A stretch of DNA of 64,000 nucleotides from Eledone cirrhosa (GCA_964016885.1 OZ024742.1:340070001-340134000), one strand, 5' to 3'. Counted from the stretch's first letter, positions 44,509-60,512 are shown. Translations and numbers: made by a program. Notes: generated by a model from the sequence alone, not told the origin.

Positions 44509-45024
44509 AATATATATATTCCACACTTATACGGAATATTGTATTATTCACTATAAGATTGTTAATTAAGCTATACAACTTAGCTGTAATAACAGCCATC
44601 GAAGTATTTCAATTGAATAAGATAATTTCTAAAAACTATCTCTAAGCCAATCAAATACTTGGTTTGCTCTTTGGCAGTTGTTAATGAGACCAGAGTAGTA
44701 TTCTAGAAAGCAAAGGAATTTGCATCGGTTGAGAAGATTCTTGAATGTTTCAGTGGAAACAAGATTCGGTTACTTTTAATTTATTTCCCTTTGAGGATTC
44801 CATTAATAAATATGTTTGGGTAATTATTTGTGAAACGCTCTTATTCTACCGTAGAACTGACGTTAAACGCAATGGGATCATATAATATGTTTATATGAAA
44901 ATATGATTATATGAATATATAGATATGCGTACTCAATAGGTAAGGTTATGTAAAAATCCCTGAGTATAGACGAGGTCATTTGTCTCAATACAGCACACAC
45001 ACACACACACACAGAGTCACACAC

Positions 45025-45101
<77 letters not shown>

Positions 45102-45108
45102 CTTATAG

Positions 45109-45300
45109 GGGCGGTGGATTGGCAGTATCGGTGGAGGGTCGGACACCATGCTTTGATGCATAGAGTTACGGCCCTTGCCATTCTGAGTTCAAATCACGCC
45201 GAGGTTAACTTTGCCTTTCATCCTTACAGAGTCGATAAAATAAAGTACCAGTAATGTACTGGTTGATTGCTGGCCTTGTGCCAAAAGTAGAAACAATTAT
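45109..45300 (+). mobile_element. Full-length SINE S1
   Basis: gggcggtggattggcagtatcgg...aaagtagaaacaattat. Confidence 0.9.
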
Positions 45301-45546
45301 ATATTATATGTTTCTTAGTTGACAGTTATCTAGCGGGGTTCGCCAAGCCAGTCAGTATATGACGTAATAAATACGACACTTCCTCTCGTATTGTGTCATA
45401 TCATCTGTAAATGGTTACCGTAATTTTTTATACTTATAACCTTTACAACCCATCAATAGTACATTCTTTCTCTTTCTCCCCCTCTCTCTCCCACTCTCTC
45501 TCTTTCTCTCGCTTTCTCTTTCTCGTTCTTTCTCTCTTTCTCCATC

Positions 45547-45618
<72 letters not shown>

Positions 45619-45708
45619 ATAAATGAATATATATATATATACACACACATACATAAAATTAAATATATATACACACAAATATATATATACACATATATAT
45701 ATACATAA

Positions 45709-45746
<38 letters not shown>

Positions 45747-45938
45747 CATATATCGGTGTATATATGCAAAGTCGCTGTGGAATTGGTACCCCATGGGAGA
45801 ATATGTTGTTTAAGGAGGGAGCGAAATGTAATTAGGGAACAAATGGAAAATATGTTGAATTATTAAGAATCTGTATATCGATAACTTAGTGTACATCTCA
45901 CTGACAAATGTCAAGTTTCACTTAATGAATCTTTAAAC

Positions 45939-46018
<80 letters not shown>

Positions 46019-46058
46019 GATATATATATATCTTTATATATATATATATTATTACTAT

Positions 46059-46115
<57 letters not shown>

Positions 46116-46811
46116 TGGGTGGTATGGAGTAAAATTGGCTGTAATCGTGTATAAAGAACAAAGGATGTATAATGTTAAATATTACTCTCTATATCGTAAA
46201 ATTGATATATTTAAAATATTAATTAATGTTCTAAGAACTGTGTATCAATTACTTAAATTTCAGGCCCAACCAGGCATATTTCAGATAAAACATTAAATGC
46301 CAACAGAAAAACTGTCTTAATGTTATGATATTATATACATTAGCCATATTGACATTCAGTAATATACTAATAATAATGGACGGTACAGTGACGGAAATAC
46401 AAAGTACATATTCACTATTAATAATAAATATTATACAAATATAACACACACGCATACACACACACACACACACACACACCAGTTTCCTACATAATGGTCG
46501 CTCATATTTATGGTACGTCAAAATTATTTATAAAACTGTTTATATATTGTATTTTATCTGACGAAGGCATGCCATATTTTTAATATGGTATCCCCGAAAT
46601 ATGTAGAATGAAATAAATATGGTTTTATAAATATAGTTTCCATTTGTTTAATATCGTATATATATACATATATATATATGTGTGTGTGTCTGTGTTTATA
46701 CGCAATTTTCTGTATATGTATATATACATTTTTTATGTAATATATATATATATATATGGGGTAGCAAGTTATCGTTATGGGTAATCCAGTTAGATGTTGT
46801 GAGAACTCTGC

Positions 46812-46922
46812 GTATTCTGAGGATTTGATCAGAGGTAAATAATGTAATGGAGATCGAGTGACGCAACTTCGAGTGATTAGCGGCCTCTGGACTCACCTGA
46901 TCAATGAAACAATTGTTAATAC
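46812..46922 (+). ncRNA. Hammerhead ribozyme motif with large helix II insert
   Basis: gtatt-CTGAGGA-t-ttgatcag...ctgatcaa-t-GAA[ACAATTGT]T-aatac, then AATAAA. Confidence 0.8.
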
Positions 46923-46970
46923 CTGAAATAAAGCCCCTTGTTGTACAGCCAACCATGTTACTCTTCGTTC

Positions 46971-47055
<85 letters not shown>

Positions 47056-47182
47056 ATAATAATAAATGTGAAGACTAAATCCGAAGAGGGCTCGATAAGG
47101 ATAAATATATATCAGAAGATCCCGTTAAAAATGAAAGCAACGATTCTTTGCTTAAACTTTAATCTGTTATTTTAATAAATAA

Positions 47183-47232
<50 letters not shown>

Positions 47233-47267
47233 GTATATATAATGTATTCACACACACACACACACAT

Positions 47268-47385
<118 letters not shown>

Positions 47386-47656
47386 CATCTGCCGTAGTTT
47401 TTCCCATCATGCACACCAAAATTAAGCTTTCGGCCCCGTGGCTCTCCTCGGCAATGCAGTACCCTCACCGGAGACATATCCGGATTTGGGATTTTGTTAA
47501 GTTGAAATAGTTGTGTATTAATGTTTTATAAAGCTAACTCGATTATCGTAGCGGGGGCGGATAGCACGGGGACCAAGCCATGAGTGGATTTTATAATTGA
47601 CGCCTACATCTATGTTCATAGAATATTTTCCACATCATACAAATGATGAAAATTAG

Positions 47657-48064
47657 TCTTCAAGATGCTTTTAATTAAGCATAGAGTGTATTGCAAAATA
47701 GACTATATATACATTCATATATATATCGCTATTTCAGAGCACCAATTCTAATTTTCAATTTTTGCTGGACTGGCAACTGCTCTGTATAATCAGTTCCTGA
47801 TTATTACTGGAATTCTATAAGAATCCATCATTCATAATGTTCAGCAAACAGGAGGAGTGCTAAGCTTTGATAAGTACCAACAAGTACAAAACAGAGCTCT
47901 GTCAGCTTATCTCCCCTTGTTTGCTGAAAATTGAAGTAAGTGACATTGTCACTACTTTAAAACAATAGCGTAAGGTCTTCAAAATGCTTTTACTTAAGCA
48001 TACAGTGTATTGCAAAATACACTATATATACATTGATATATATATCGCTATTTCAAAGAACCAA

Positions 48065-48070
<6 letters not shown>
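47657..48070. repeat. Diverged ~95-bp direct repeat pair (47657-47750, 47975-48070)
   Basis: gtcttcaa.atgctttta.ttaagcata.agtgtattgcaaaata...accaattctaa occurs twice. Confidence 0.75.
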
Positions 48071-48103
<33 letters not shown>

Positions 48104-48191
48104 GCATATATGCTTATCCTTATCGAGCCCTCTTTGAATTTTAGTCTTCACATTTATTATTATTACTATATATATATATGTATGTATATAT

Positions 48192-48254
<63 letters not shown>

Positions 48255-48279
48255 AAATATGTATATATATATATATATA

Positions 48280-48923
48280 TACGATATTAAACAAATGGAA
48301 ACTAGATTTATAAAACCATATTTATTTCGTTATATATATTTCTGGGATATCATATTAAAAATATGGTATGCCTTCCTCAGACAAAATACAATATATAAGC
48401 TGTTTTATAAATAATTTTGACATACCTTAGAATAATGCAACTTCCATTTAAAAAGTTGATTTCGTAGTGAAACTGTTAGGACAGTTATATAGAAAGAAAG
48501 ACGAAGAAAAACGAAGATGAAAAGAAGAAGATGAAGAGATGTATGTAAAGAAAACAACAGAGCGAGATAGAGAGAGATAAGGAGATATGGGAGAGAGAAA
48601 TATTTCTCTCTCCCATATCTCCTTATCTCTCTCTATCTCGCTCTGTTGTTTTCTTTACATACATCTCTTCATCTTCTTCTTTTCATCTTCGTTTTTCTTC
48701 GTCTTTCTTTCTATATAACTGTCCTAACAGTTTCACTACGAAATCAACTTTTTAAATGGAAGTTGCATTATTCTAAGGTATGTCAAAATTATTTATAAAA
48801 CAGCTTATATATTGTATTTTGTCTGAGGAAGGCATACCATATTTTTAATATGATATCCCAGAAATATATATAACGAAATAAATATGGTTTTATAAATATA
48901 GTTTCCATTTGTTTAATATCGTA
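48280..48923. repeat. Spacer-less ~644-bp palindrome, one HHR per arm
   Basis: Centre gagagagaaat|atttctctctc at 48601/48602; arms mirror with about one mismatch seen. Confidence 0.92.
48815..48880 (+). ncRNA. Hammerhead ribozyme motif (mirror copy on - at 48323-48388)
   Basis: tattttgt-CTGAGGA-...-GAA[ATATATAT]A-acgaaata; compensatory pair relative to the 15829 copy. Confidence 0.8.
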
Positions 48924-49011
48924 AACCTACTCCAAAAAGTGTTGAGTGCTTTTATATCAGTTATAAAATATTTACTCGTTGTAACCCAACAATTTTAAAT
49001 AAAACTTTTGC

Positions 49012-49140
<129 letters not shown>

Positions 49141-49153
49141 ATATACATATATA

Positions 49154-49247
<94 letters not shown>

Positions 49248-49844
49248 TATGTGTTTATCCCGGGTTCAATTGGGGTTAACCAATATATATTTATATTTTA
49301 TGTATAATGAAAAAAGAGAAGCATGACCTCATTGGTGGTTTGCATTCTTTACTAGTTCAAGTCTGTACGGCCAGTCGTTATTGATATTAGACCATATATA
49401 GATGTGTGTGTGTCTAGTAGTATGTAGTACTGTGTAGTAGTATGTAGTATGTGTAGTAGTATGTAGTAGTGTGTAGTAGTGTGTAGTAGTGTGTAGTAGT
49501 ATTTAGTAGTATGTAGTAGGTTGTAAAGGTGTCTTTCCGTTATGGTTGTCTGTGTTTGAAAGATAAACAAACTCGCTTTTACACATGTTATACACTTCCT
49601 TTAAATCTATACCAATATGCGAGGGGCGTGGATAGACAGAGCGCCGTCCATATATAGTTTGTTCTGAAGGCAAATAAGAAGCTTTAGATAGAACAACCGC
49701 CTCACTCGTAGCTATAGAATGAATGAAAGACAAGATGAATGGTGAAGGATAAATAGAAGACTGACAGATAGAAAGAATGAATAAAAATATGATGGAAGAA
49801 AAAAGCTGGCTTGTAAAGGTTAGAAACATAACTAATTAACTAAC

Positions 49845-49985
49845 GCCTCCCCCCTATTTGGGATTTCGATTGTTAAATTTGTTTGTTTAATAATATTTTT
49901 ACACGACTGTATGTAAAATCCCCGGCATGTGTCTTTGTATTGTCCCCTTTTCTTGTGCGCCCTTGTGGCAAATAAAGAAATATAT
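49845..49985 (+). mobile_element. Tx1/L1-like 3' UTR remnant, tail-to-tail with 50245-50832
   Basis: gcgcccttgtggcaaataaagaaatatatctatc matches the 3' end at 13280-13305. Confidence 0.65.
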
Positions 49986-50192
49986 CTATCTAGTTAGATA
50001 GCTAGATAGATAGATAGGTAGAATAGATAGATAGTTAGATAGATAGAGAGAGAGAGAGAGAGTTAGATAGATAGATAATAGATAGATAGATAGTTAGAGA
50101 GATAGAGAGAGAGATATATATATATAGTTAGATAGATAGATAGATAGATAGATAGAGAGAGAGATAGAGATAGAGAGAGAGAGAGAGAGAGG

Positions 50193-50244
<52 letters not shown>

Positions 50245-50832
50245 TATTTCTTTATTAGCCACAGGGGCACAAAAGAAGGGGACAAATACAAAGGGGGAAG
50301 TTTACATACAATAAAAACGTGTAAAATGTTATCACAGATGGAATTTAAAAGTTAGTCGATTTTCCCCAATAGAGGGAGACAGTTTATATGGGTAACACAT
50401 ACCCCCGAAAAAAAATGTGCAACCCTCATCTCCAGGAGTACGAAGAGCTTGTACTCCTTTCCTCTCCTCCTCCTTTTCCTCAAATTACAGGCTGATATAG
50501 AGAGAAGGCCCATTCACTCGGGCCATTCTCGCCGCTTTCACCCACCTTTCATAAAACTTGCTGGGGTACAGCACCTCTCTCTCCATCCTGATTCTTCTTC
50601 CAAAGTGGTATTTGAAAAAAAGAATCAGTTGTTGGCCGGAGAGAAAGGTGTCTGACCTCAGCCCTTTCAACCTTGTCCACCATACAACCTCTTTCGCCAT
50701 AGCTATCACACAAAGGAAAACCGCCTCTCCTTCGTTTTTGAGGGAGGGTGGCGGTTTGATCATGACAATGGACTCGGTGGTCAACTGGATTGGTCCCACC
50801 CGCGACAATAGTCGTTCTACATAGCCCCACAT
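50245..50832 (-). mobile_element. Second Tx1/L1-like 3' fragment, same family as 12257-13300
   Basis: WGYVERLLSRVGPIQLTTESIV... nearly identical to the 12.7 kb copy; flanked by (GATA)n on both sides. Confidence 0.82.
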
Positions 50833-51343
50833 AGATAGATAGATAGATAGATAGATGGTAATACCTGCTTATATATACACAAATATACTTACCTAACCAG
50901 ATACATATATACGTGCGTACATACACATACAAATATACATACAACATATATATATATATATACAACATACATACATAGATACATATATACATACAACATA
51001 TATACATACAACATATATACATACATACAACATATATGTATATACAACATACATAGATACATATATGCATACACATTTAAACGGATACTTAGAAAGTGAA
51101 AACAAATGGAGATGCTTGTTTGTTGGTTGGCTGGTTGTCTGGGTAGATTGTGTTATTGTTATTGTTGTAGAGCTCTTGTCACCACCCCCCTCCATCGCAC
51201 ACCTCAACCTTATTTCCACCTACACCTTCATGCTTCACTATCTCCTCCTCCACCTCCTGATATATTCATCTCCTCATCCCTCACCTCCATCAACGTGGAC
51301 AACCCTATTAGCATGTCTTTGCTATAGACTACAAAAGTACAAT

Positions 51344-51392
<49 letters not shown>

Positions 51393-51475
51393 AGTTTATT
51401 CCGGGTTCAATCGGGGGTGACCACAGTAAGTAAAGTACTCAATACAAAGCAGAGTATAAATATTTAATATAGTAA

Positions 51476-51514
51476 GACTACTGAAGATTTCTCCCGAATG
51501 AAACAGTTCTAGTC
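51476..51514 (+). ncRNA. Minimal hammerhead ribozyme motif
   Basis: gacta-CTGAAGA-tttctcccgaat-GAAACAGTTC-tagtc; relatives at 5119-5150 and in the 41108-41186 hairpin. Confidence 0.7.
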
Positions 51515-51557
51515 CTGTAGAAGGCTTTCTATATTAAATATATATATATATTTCGTC

Positions 51558-51620
<63 letters not shown>

Positions 51621-51685
51621 ATGAGGTTGATTTAACACTTCACTGCTCGCAAGTGTTTTTTAAGCTTCATATCATGTCTCCCTAA

Positions 51686-51750
51686 TTTATCTGATGAGAA
51701 CGCAAATATCATCCCATGATGATATTTGTTTTTGAAATGCACATAATAAA
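51686..51750 (+). ncRNA. Hammerhead ribozyme motif (5'-truncated sister at ~56445-56502)
   Basis: tttat-CTGATGA-helix II gcaaatatcatc/gatgatatttgt-GAA[ATGCACAT]A-ataaa; the sister has a perfect ATGCGCAT. Confidence 0.75.
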
Positions 51751-51791
51751 ATACATGGAACTCTTGTTAACCAATCTTTGATCTTATATAT

Positions 51792-51822
<31 letters not shown>

Positions 51823-51943
51823 GTATAAACACACACATATACATATATAGAGGAAAGGGAGAGAGAGGGGTAGATGCATTGATAAACAAACAGTCAGATA
51901 GATAGAAGAGATAGAGAGAGATGGAGAGAGAGAGAGAGAGAGA

Positions 51944-52012
<69 letters not shown>

Positions 52013-52092
52013 CGAGGGGGAGAGAGGAAATGAAATGACTATTTAGAGAAGGAAGATGAGATAAAATGAAAGGAAAAAAACAGAAATAAATT

Positions 52093-52279
52093 AATTGTTT
52101 CTACTTTAGGCAACAAGGCCAGCAATTATCTAGTGCATTACTGGTACTTTATTTATCGACCCCGTAAGGATGAAAGCAAAGTCACCTCGCGGGATTTGAA
52201 CTCAGATCGTAAAGGGACATAACTATGCTGGAAAGCATGGCGTCCGACCCTCTACCGATACTGCCAATCCACCGCCCTT
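52093..52279 (-). mobile_element. Full-length SINE S1 with 19-bp TSD
   Basis: aaaacagaaataaattaat at 52077-52095 and 52281-52299. Confidence 0.9.
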
Positions 52280-52308
52280 GAAAACAGAAATAAATTAATA
52301 ACGAAAAT

Positions 52309-52339
<31 letters not shown>

Positions 52340-54577
52340 GAAGAAGAAGAAGAAGAAGAAAGAAGAAGAAGAAGAAGAAGAAGAAGAAGAAGAAAGAAGA
52401 AGAGAGAAGAAGAAGAAGAAGAAGAAGGAAGGATGAGGAGGAGGAGGAGGAGAAGAAGAAGAAGAAGAAGAAGAAGAAGAAGAAGAAGAAGAAGAAGAAG
52501 AAGAAGAAGAAGAAGAAGAAGAAGAATACTCCTCAGTTAAATGTCCGCTATCATATCAAGTTATCATTATCGATTATCTGCAATAGAGGAAAGAAAGAAG
52601 AAAGAAAGAGAGAGAGAGGGGGCAAAGTAATAGAATAAGAGTGAGAATGACTGACATATGAGCCGCGTTATTAAGAGCAGCATTTCTACATATGTATTAT
52701 ATTAATAACCTATGTTACCTTGTTCGGTGCCGTGAATACAGTGAATTGTTTGGTGAGAGAGAATGTGTGTGAGGTGTGAGAGTGGTGGGAGGGAGGTGAG
52801 AACTGAGAGAAGAAGAAGGTTAAGAAGAAGACTTGAATACTTATATATTCAACAGGCACCGCTACTAACGTTATCACGGCTACAAATATAACCTGCAGTT
52901 CAACTACTCTAGCCAACCACATTCACAATTATAACCACAATAACCATAGCCACCGCAACAATAATAACCAAACGCAGGAATGGCGCTACCTTTAAGGCCA
53001 TCTAGGCAGCTGTTTAGGGCACACTTCTCACAGAGACGCACTACTTTGTATAATTATCTTAAATACATATTTTTTCTTGATCAATATAAATCTTTGATGC
53101 GTAGCAGCTTTGTGGGAACACCCAAAGCGGTGTAGTGTGTCATATGCTGGTATGACATGCCATATGATTAGGCAGGGGTGAATGTGGAGTGTGTAGTAGA
53201 AAATGCAGGCTTAATAACTTTTTGTGTCCCCAGATCAAGAAGTGTTAAAATCTATGTTTGTCGACTTGCTTAATTGTGAGGAGGTGCACATTGTATGACT
53301 AGGCACTAAATACCACAAATAACGTAGCCACTGAGGCGACAATAAATATCACAACTGCCATAGTCAGCACGACCACAATAAACAACAACTACAACAATCA
53401 TCATAGACATAACCTACCGCCCCAAGCGATATGTAAGTGATATTTGTTGAATTAGTAAATTGATTGGCACTTCGTTCATTTTAGTGTATGATAAAATCCC
53501 TTGAAGCATTTTGTTCGGACTCACCGTGACCTGAGTTAAAATGGCGTCGGAGTCAACTCTGCTGTTCATCCTTTCAAGTTCTATTAAACAAACCAATAAT
53601 CCGCAGTAGTGAATTAGTTGGATTATAAGAGCATCGGATAAGATGCATTGCTGTAGTATATATGTTCAGAATTTCTGAGTTCAAATATCACTTAAATCAA
53701 TTTTACCTTTAATACCAATGGCGGTGCCCCACCATCCCTAGAACCCATGGACTGGAACAAAATAACAAAAAAGTATCACTACAAATGACCGTTTTCTTCA
53801 TACGTTCAGGAAATGACAATATTTAAAAGTAATATTTTTATCATTACTTCATAAAGTGTTGGGTATTGGTAGAATCGTTAGAGCATTGGTTAAAATGCTT
53901 TGTGGGGCTTGTTCTTTAATTTCAGATTTAAATCCACAGTGGTTAGCTTTACTTTCATATTTAACGGGTAAATAATGTTAAAAAAAAGCAAGAAATCTTT
54001 AATGAATTTTATTCTATTAGACTAATACAACGTTGTTGTTGTTTTTTTACACCAAACCGCTTGAAATATAATCTGATTCGATGATGAAAAAATGTTTGTT
54101 TTAAAGTGTTCAAGTTTAAATTTTCCGTTATAATTGTTTGTTAGAACCCTTTCTTAAGTTATGTTCCAAACATTAACTTAATAACAAGAAATTAATATGC
54201 CTAAATCTCTCCAAATTCTTGATTATTTTAAAGAGTATTGAAAATCATGGGTAGACTCTTTCATTAGAAATAAAAGGGTAAAGCATGCTCTGTAACACGA
54301 CAAACCAAACAGAGAATAAGGTTACATGAATCGATTATGGAAAATATTGAATGAGCAATAAATATCTAGCGAAGAGTTACCTTAGAAAAATAATAATTTG
54401 TCAGACATCGGTTGTTAAACTGACAGGAAAATATATAAACACCAGATGTCAACTCAGTATAGTTGAATGGTTAAGAAGTTCGCTTCAAAATCAAATGGTT
54501 CCGGGTTCAATACAACTGCGTAGCATCTAGGGCGAGCGTCATTTAATATAGACTCGTGTATATATATATATATATAT

Positions 54578-54844
54578 ATAAAACGAAAAATCAGTGATGC
54601 ATCTGAACTCAATTTATTTGTGTGTTACAATTTTTTCGCCGGCGGACAGCTCGAGACGCGATCATTGTGTGGATCTGTCTGATTCTGGACCCGCAGGTTC
54701 GACGGACACGTCTAATGATTCGGAGCATATTCTCTCACTCAGACAGATCCACACAATGATCGCGTCTCGAGCTGTCCGCCGGCGAAACAATTGTAACACA
54801 CAATAAATTGAGTTAAGATGCATCACTGATTTTTGGTTTTATAT
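54578..54844. repeat. Inverted repeat, ~105-bp arms, carrying GAA[ACAATTGT]A + AATAAA
   Basis: cgccggcggacagctcgagacgcgatc / gatcgcgtctcgagctgtccgccggcg. Confidence 0.88.
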
Positions 54845-54943
54845 TATATCATACTCTGCTATGTAAGAGCATAGAGTGCTCAACCGGCATACCGCCTATG
54901 GAAGCATCTTAGCTACCATCCCGACAACCACACACACACATAT

Positions 54944-54985
<42 letters not shown>

Positions 54986-55112
54986 TCTATTATAAGTTGA
55001 GCCAACTTATACAGCTTCATGTGCAAATGAGATTAATCACCTCATTTACACAGACGAGAAAACTATATATTCTCGATTGTTTGCAAGTCTAGCAGTCATA
55101 CTAGTGGGAGGG

Positions 55113-55156
55113 ATCGTCCCGATGAGTACCAGTTAAGTTCGAAATGCATTGACGAT
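55113..55156 (+). ncRNA. Minimal hammerhead motif with U4->C variant
   Basis: atcgtc-CCGATGA-gtaccagttaagttc-GAA[ATGCAT]T-gacgat. Confidence 0.7.
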
Positions 55157-55349
55157 TGACCCCTTGTTTCTGCTGGACACCACCAGAGGGCGATATACCC
55201 CGGTGTTTTTGCAGAGCTACGGCTTTCTAAATGTTTATCTATAAACACACCGTGTTTCTTTAGAAATACGAAATTCTAATACTTAGATATATATATATAG
55301 ACACACATACACACAAATATATATATATATACAGACACACACACACACA

Positions 55350-55406
<57 letters not shown>

Positions 55407-55522
55407 GTGTGTGTGTGTGTGTGTGAGAAGTTGTCACTGAGAAATAGCGTCAGGAATGAGATTACCAATAGAAACAGTGTTCTTGGTTCAGTAAGGAGAC
55501 CAGCAAATTAATTTTGTTGTGG

Positions 55523-55567
<45 letters not shown>

Positions 55568-55656
55568 TTTGTTATTGTTGTCTTCATGTCAGTTAGTCAG
55601 CAGCGGGCAACAATGTTTTGCCCATTCCTAAGTTCTCTCCTTCTTTTCTTTTACAG

Positions 55657-55757
55657 AAGCACATGACGCTCTGCACAGTTTCTCTTGTAAGATGTTGGCA
55701 CCTAGATTCTGCGGAGAATGTAATTACAAAGACGGTCCCGGGCCGATTCCAAGATGA
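55657..55757 (+). CDS. SKOR: SKOR1/2-like last coding exon: [33 protein letters not shown]
   Basis: Polypyrimidine tract + ttacag|AAGCACAT, TGA at 55755-55757; matches SKOR1 C-terminus EAHDALHHFSCKMLTPRHC. Confidence 0.95.
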
Positions 55758-55802
55758 AGTACTTTTGAACATGGATCTCAGAACTTCTTTTGAAGTCACA
55801 TA

Positions 55803-55837
<35 letters not shown>

Positions 55838-55856
55838 ATAATAATAAATTTGAAGA

Positions 55857-55923
<67 letters not shown>

Positions 55924-55968
55924 ATATATATATATGTATATATATGTGTATGCATATATATGTATATA

Positions 55969-56002
<34 letters not shown>

Positions 56003-56391
56003 CAAATGCACATATATATTTATATGTATGTATGTGCATGTATATATATAAATATATATATATATATAAGTAAATAAGTATATATAAACATATACATATA
56101 TATATATATTAATATGTACATATAGCTATCTGTCAGCATATATATATATATGTACGATATATATACATATACATATACATATACAATCACACATACACAT
56201 GTACATACATTCATTAGTATATATGTAGAGAACATATATATATTTTCAATTTGAACTTCTGTTTGTGACTAGTCACGAAGACACAAACATTATATTAAAA
56301 ACAATTATTGTATAATTTTATATACACACATATACACGCATATATATATATACATATATGTACCAATACACATACCAACACACACACAGAT

Positions 56392-56451
<60 letters not shown>

Positions 56452-56536
56452 ACGCAGATATCACCCCATGATGATATTTGTTTTTGAAATGCGCATAATA
56501 AAATACTTGGAACTCTTTTAACCATCTTTTGATCTT

Positions 56537-56594
<58 letters not shown>

Positions 56595-56603
56595 ATATAT
56601 ATA

Positions 56604-56670
<67 letters not shown>

Positions 56671-56671
56671 C

Positions 56672-56703
<32 letters not shown>

Positions 56704-57957
56704 GTATGTATATATATATATGAATCATACCTATTTACATATACTGGCTTGGAAATCCATTTGTGACAAATTCTATAATATTTATTGCAAGACTTTTAAA
56801 ATTCTATATATAATAGTAACTGAGGCGCCCCAGCATGGCTGGAACAGGTAAAAGAGCAAACGAGTATCGCTACAAATGACATTTCTTTTCGCGTTGAAGA
56901 AATGTAAAAAAAGAAAAGAATTTATATGATATATATATATAAATATATATGTATTTAAAACATTCCTAATGCTATTATTCTCATAGAGTGTCGGAAAAAA
57001 ATTAGTTAGATATTTGTTTTGGCTCTTTCGTTACTGAGTTCGATTCCCACCGAAGTCAACTTTCATAAAAAAAATTGATAAAATAAAATACAATTCAAGT
57101 ACTGGGACAATTTCATTGACTTTCACCCTTTCCCCTCAAATTGTTGGCATTGTGCCTGAATTAAAATCCATTATTAATTGACTGTAAGAAAAAAAATGTA
57201 AAGTGAAAAGAAGATAAATTATAAAATGTCTTATTTAAAAAAAAAAAAAATTGAAGAAATGAAATACAAAATGGATAAGAAAAGAAAGGACAAACACCCC
57301 TTACCCACAGGATGACTATAAGAAGGAAATGATGTAAATAGAGATTTCTATTCCGTTATGAAAACCTTGCATATTTCACATAAATAATGTACGAAAATAT
57401 CGTGATTTGTGGAGGCTGGATGAAAATGCTTACACTTTACTTAAACCTCCGTAATTTCTATATTGAGTACATTATTGTAACACAAGACAGCACAATATGA
57501 AACAAGAGAAACATGAATATAGAAGTATGAAAAACAAAAGAAGAAATTAATAAAAACAAGAAATATAGATACAATTATGTATATACATATATGCATACAC
57601 ATGCCTATATACACACATCCATACATCTATGCATACAAATGCATATAGACACAGATCTATCCACATATATATATATACTTTACATACATACATATACACA
57701 TGTGCGAGTGTATATGTGTATGTGTGTGTAAGAAGACATACATATATATAGAGTAGAGGAAAAATAAAATGGTAAATGACGGACTACGATAAACAATTCA
57801 AGAAATATCGCTTTGTGTGTTTATATTTTCAGTTTCTTGTTTCGTTGTTTTTTCATGTTCAATGAACAACATGGCCGTTACGTCTTAAATAACTTACAGG
57901 AGGAACACATGTTATATATTATAAATACGGATATATAAATATATATATATATACATA

Positions 57958-58010
<53 letters not shown>

Positions 58011-58011
58011 G

Positions 58012-58079
<68 letters not shown>

Positions 58080-58110
58080 GTATATATGTATATATACACA
58101 CATATATATA

Positions 58111-58218
<108 letters not shown>

Positions 58219-58219
58219 G

Positions 58220-58290
<71 letters not shown>

Positions 58291-58383
58291 CCATATATAT
58301 ATATATATTCACATGTATATATATATATACACACACATATATACATATATATATGTGTGTGTATGTATATATATATGTATATA

Positions 58384-58418
<35 letters not shown>

Positions 58419-58739
58419 GTATATATATATGTATATATATATATATATGTGAATATATATATACATGTGAATATATATATATGGAAATATATACATATAT
58501 ATATATATGTATATGCATGTACATTCATACACACACACACATATATGCATGAACATACACACACACACATATATATGTATATATAAATATATAAAAACAT
58601 ACATACATACAAAAGGTTGTTGATTCTACTATACATATTAAGTTCATTCATCACTAAATATTTGTCGCTATATGTAACTGAATGACTCGAAATGAAATAC
58701 CCATACATACACTCATACCATATATACATACATATATAT

Positions 58740-58822
<83 letters not shown>

Positions 58823-59404
58823 GCAGATATACATATAAACATGCACACACACACCACACACGTATATATACATATATATATATATGTATATATAAAACTA
58901 TTTGTTATTATATATATACATATATATGCATATGTATATACAGTATATATATACATACATGTATATACATATATATATGCATATGTATATATACATTCAT
59001 GTATATATATATGTATATATATGTATATATATTTATCTATATATATATATGAATATATACATATGTATATATATATAAGTATATATACACACACGCACAT
59101 ATACACACACATTCACACACACACGCACTCACACACACATATATATATATAGATAGATGTGCTTTGAAAAGCAAAAAAAGAGAGAACACTGAACACATCA
59201 TTTGAAAGTATATATATATATTTATATATATTTATATACATATATATATAAATATATATAAATATATATGAACAATTTTACTTAACTTCGGACGAGCAGA
59301 ATTTTCTCTACGAAACCATATTTATATCATCAGGTCGATTTCGAGAAAAGTAAAACATGTAACAACGTGAATAATTGTACATATATACAATATTGTAAAC
59401 TTTC

Positions 59405-59435
<31 letters not shown>

Positions 59436-59712
59436 TGTATGTATGTATGTATGTATGTATGTATGTATGTATGTATGTATGTATGTATGTATGTATGTAT
59501 GTATGTATGTATGTATGTATGTATGCATGTATGTATGTATGTATGTATGTATGTATGTATGAATGTATGTATGTATGTATGTATGAATGTATGCATGTAT
59601 GTATGAATGTATGCATGTATGTATGTATGTATGTATGTATGTATGTATGTATGTATGTATGAATGTATGTATGTATGTATGTATGAATGTATGCATGTAT
59701 GTATGTATGTAT
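59405..59712. repeat. (TATG)n microsatellite
   Basis: Direct inspection. Confidence 0.95.
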
Positions 59713-60176
59713 ATATAATGGATACCATTCTTTATAGAAATATTAACAAACAAAGCAACATTTTCACTCATTATGGGTTATTTTGACTGGACAAATGTTA
59801 GTAGATATACATACTAACCCTACTAAATTGATTTGTGAAGTTTTAACTTGTTGTATGTATATTGTAGATTTGTTCTGGGGCGGTTTGTGGCCAGCTAATG
59901 GTAGCTGGGCCAAATTTGAAAAAGATAATATATATATATTAAATAAAACCTTTTCCTCTCCGTAGATTAAGCTGGTTCTCTCAATTACAATGAACTAACT
60001 CGCCGAATGCTATATTCTTTTTTTTCTCTCTGTCATTTATTTTTTCAGTTCATATTTAAGCTCATTGTCTGGCAATATTTTTCTCCATTTTAAAACTATT
60101 TGAATACATATATTTGCATACATACATCTTTACATGCATACACGTATATATTTATATGTATATGTGCGTGCGAATG

Positions 60177-60268
<92 letters not shown>

Positions 60269-60314
60269 CACACATATATATATAAATACATAATTTATAT
60301 TTATATATATATAC

Positions 60315-60366
<52 letters not shown>

Positions 60367-60440
60367 GTATATATATATATATAAATATATATATATATGT
60401 ATATATATACATTTACAAATATATATACATATACATATAC

Positions 60441-60512
<72 letters not shown>

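Noticed and set aside
55618-56073. 151-aa + strand ORF over the last SKOR exon
   Set aside because: Different frame from the SKOR peptide, and it runs into (TA)n.
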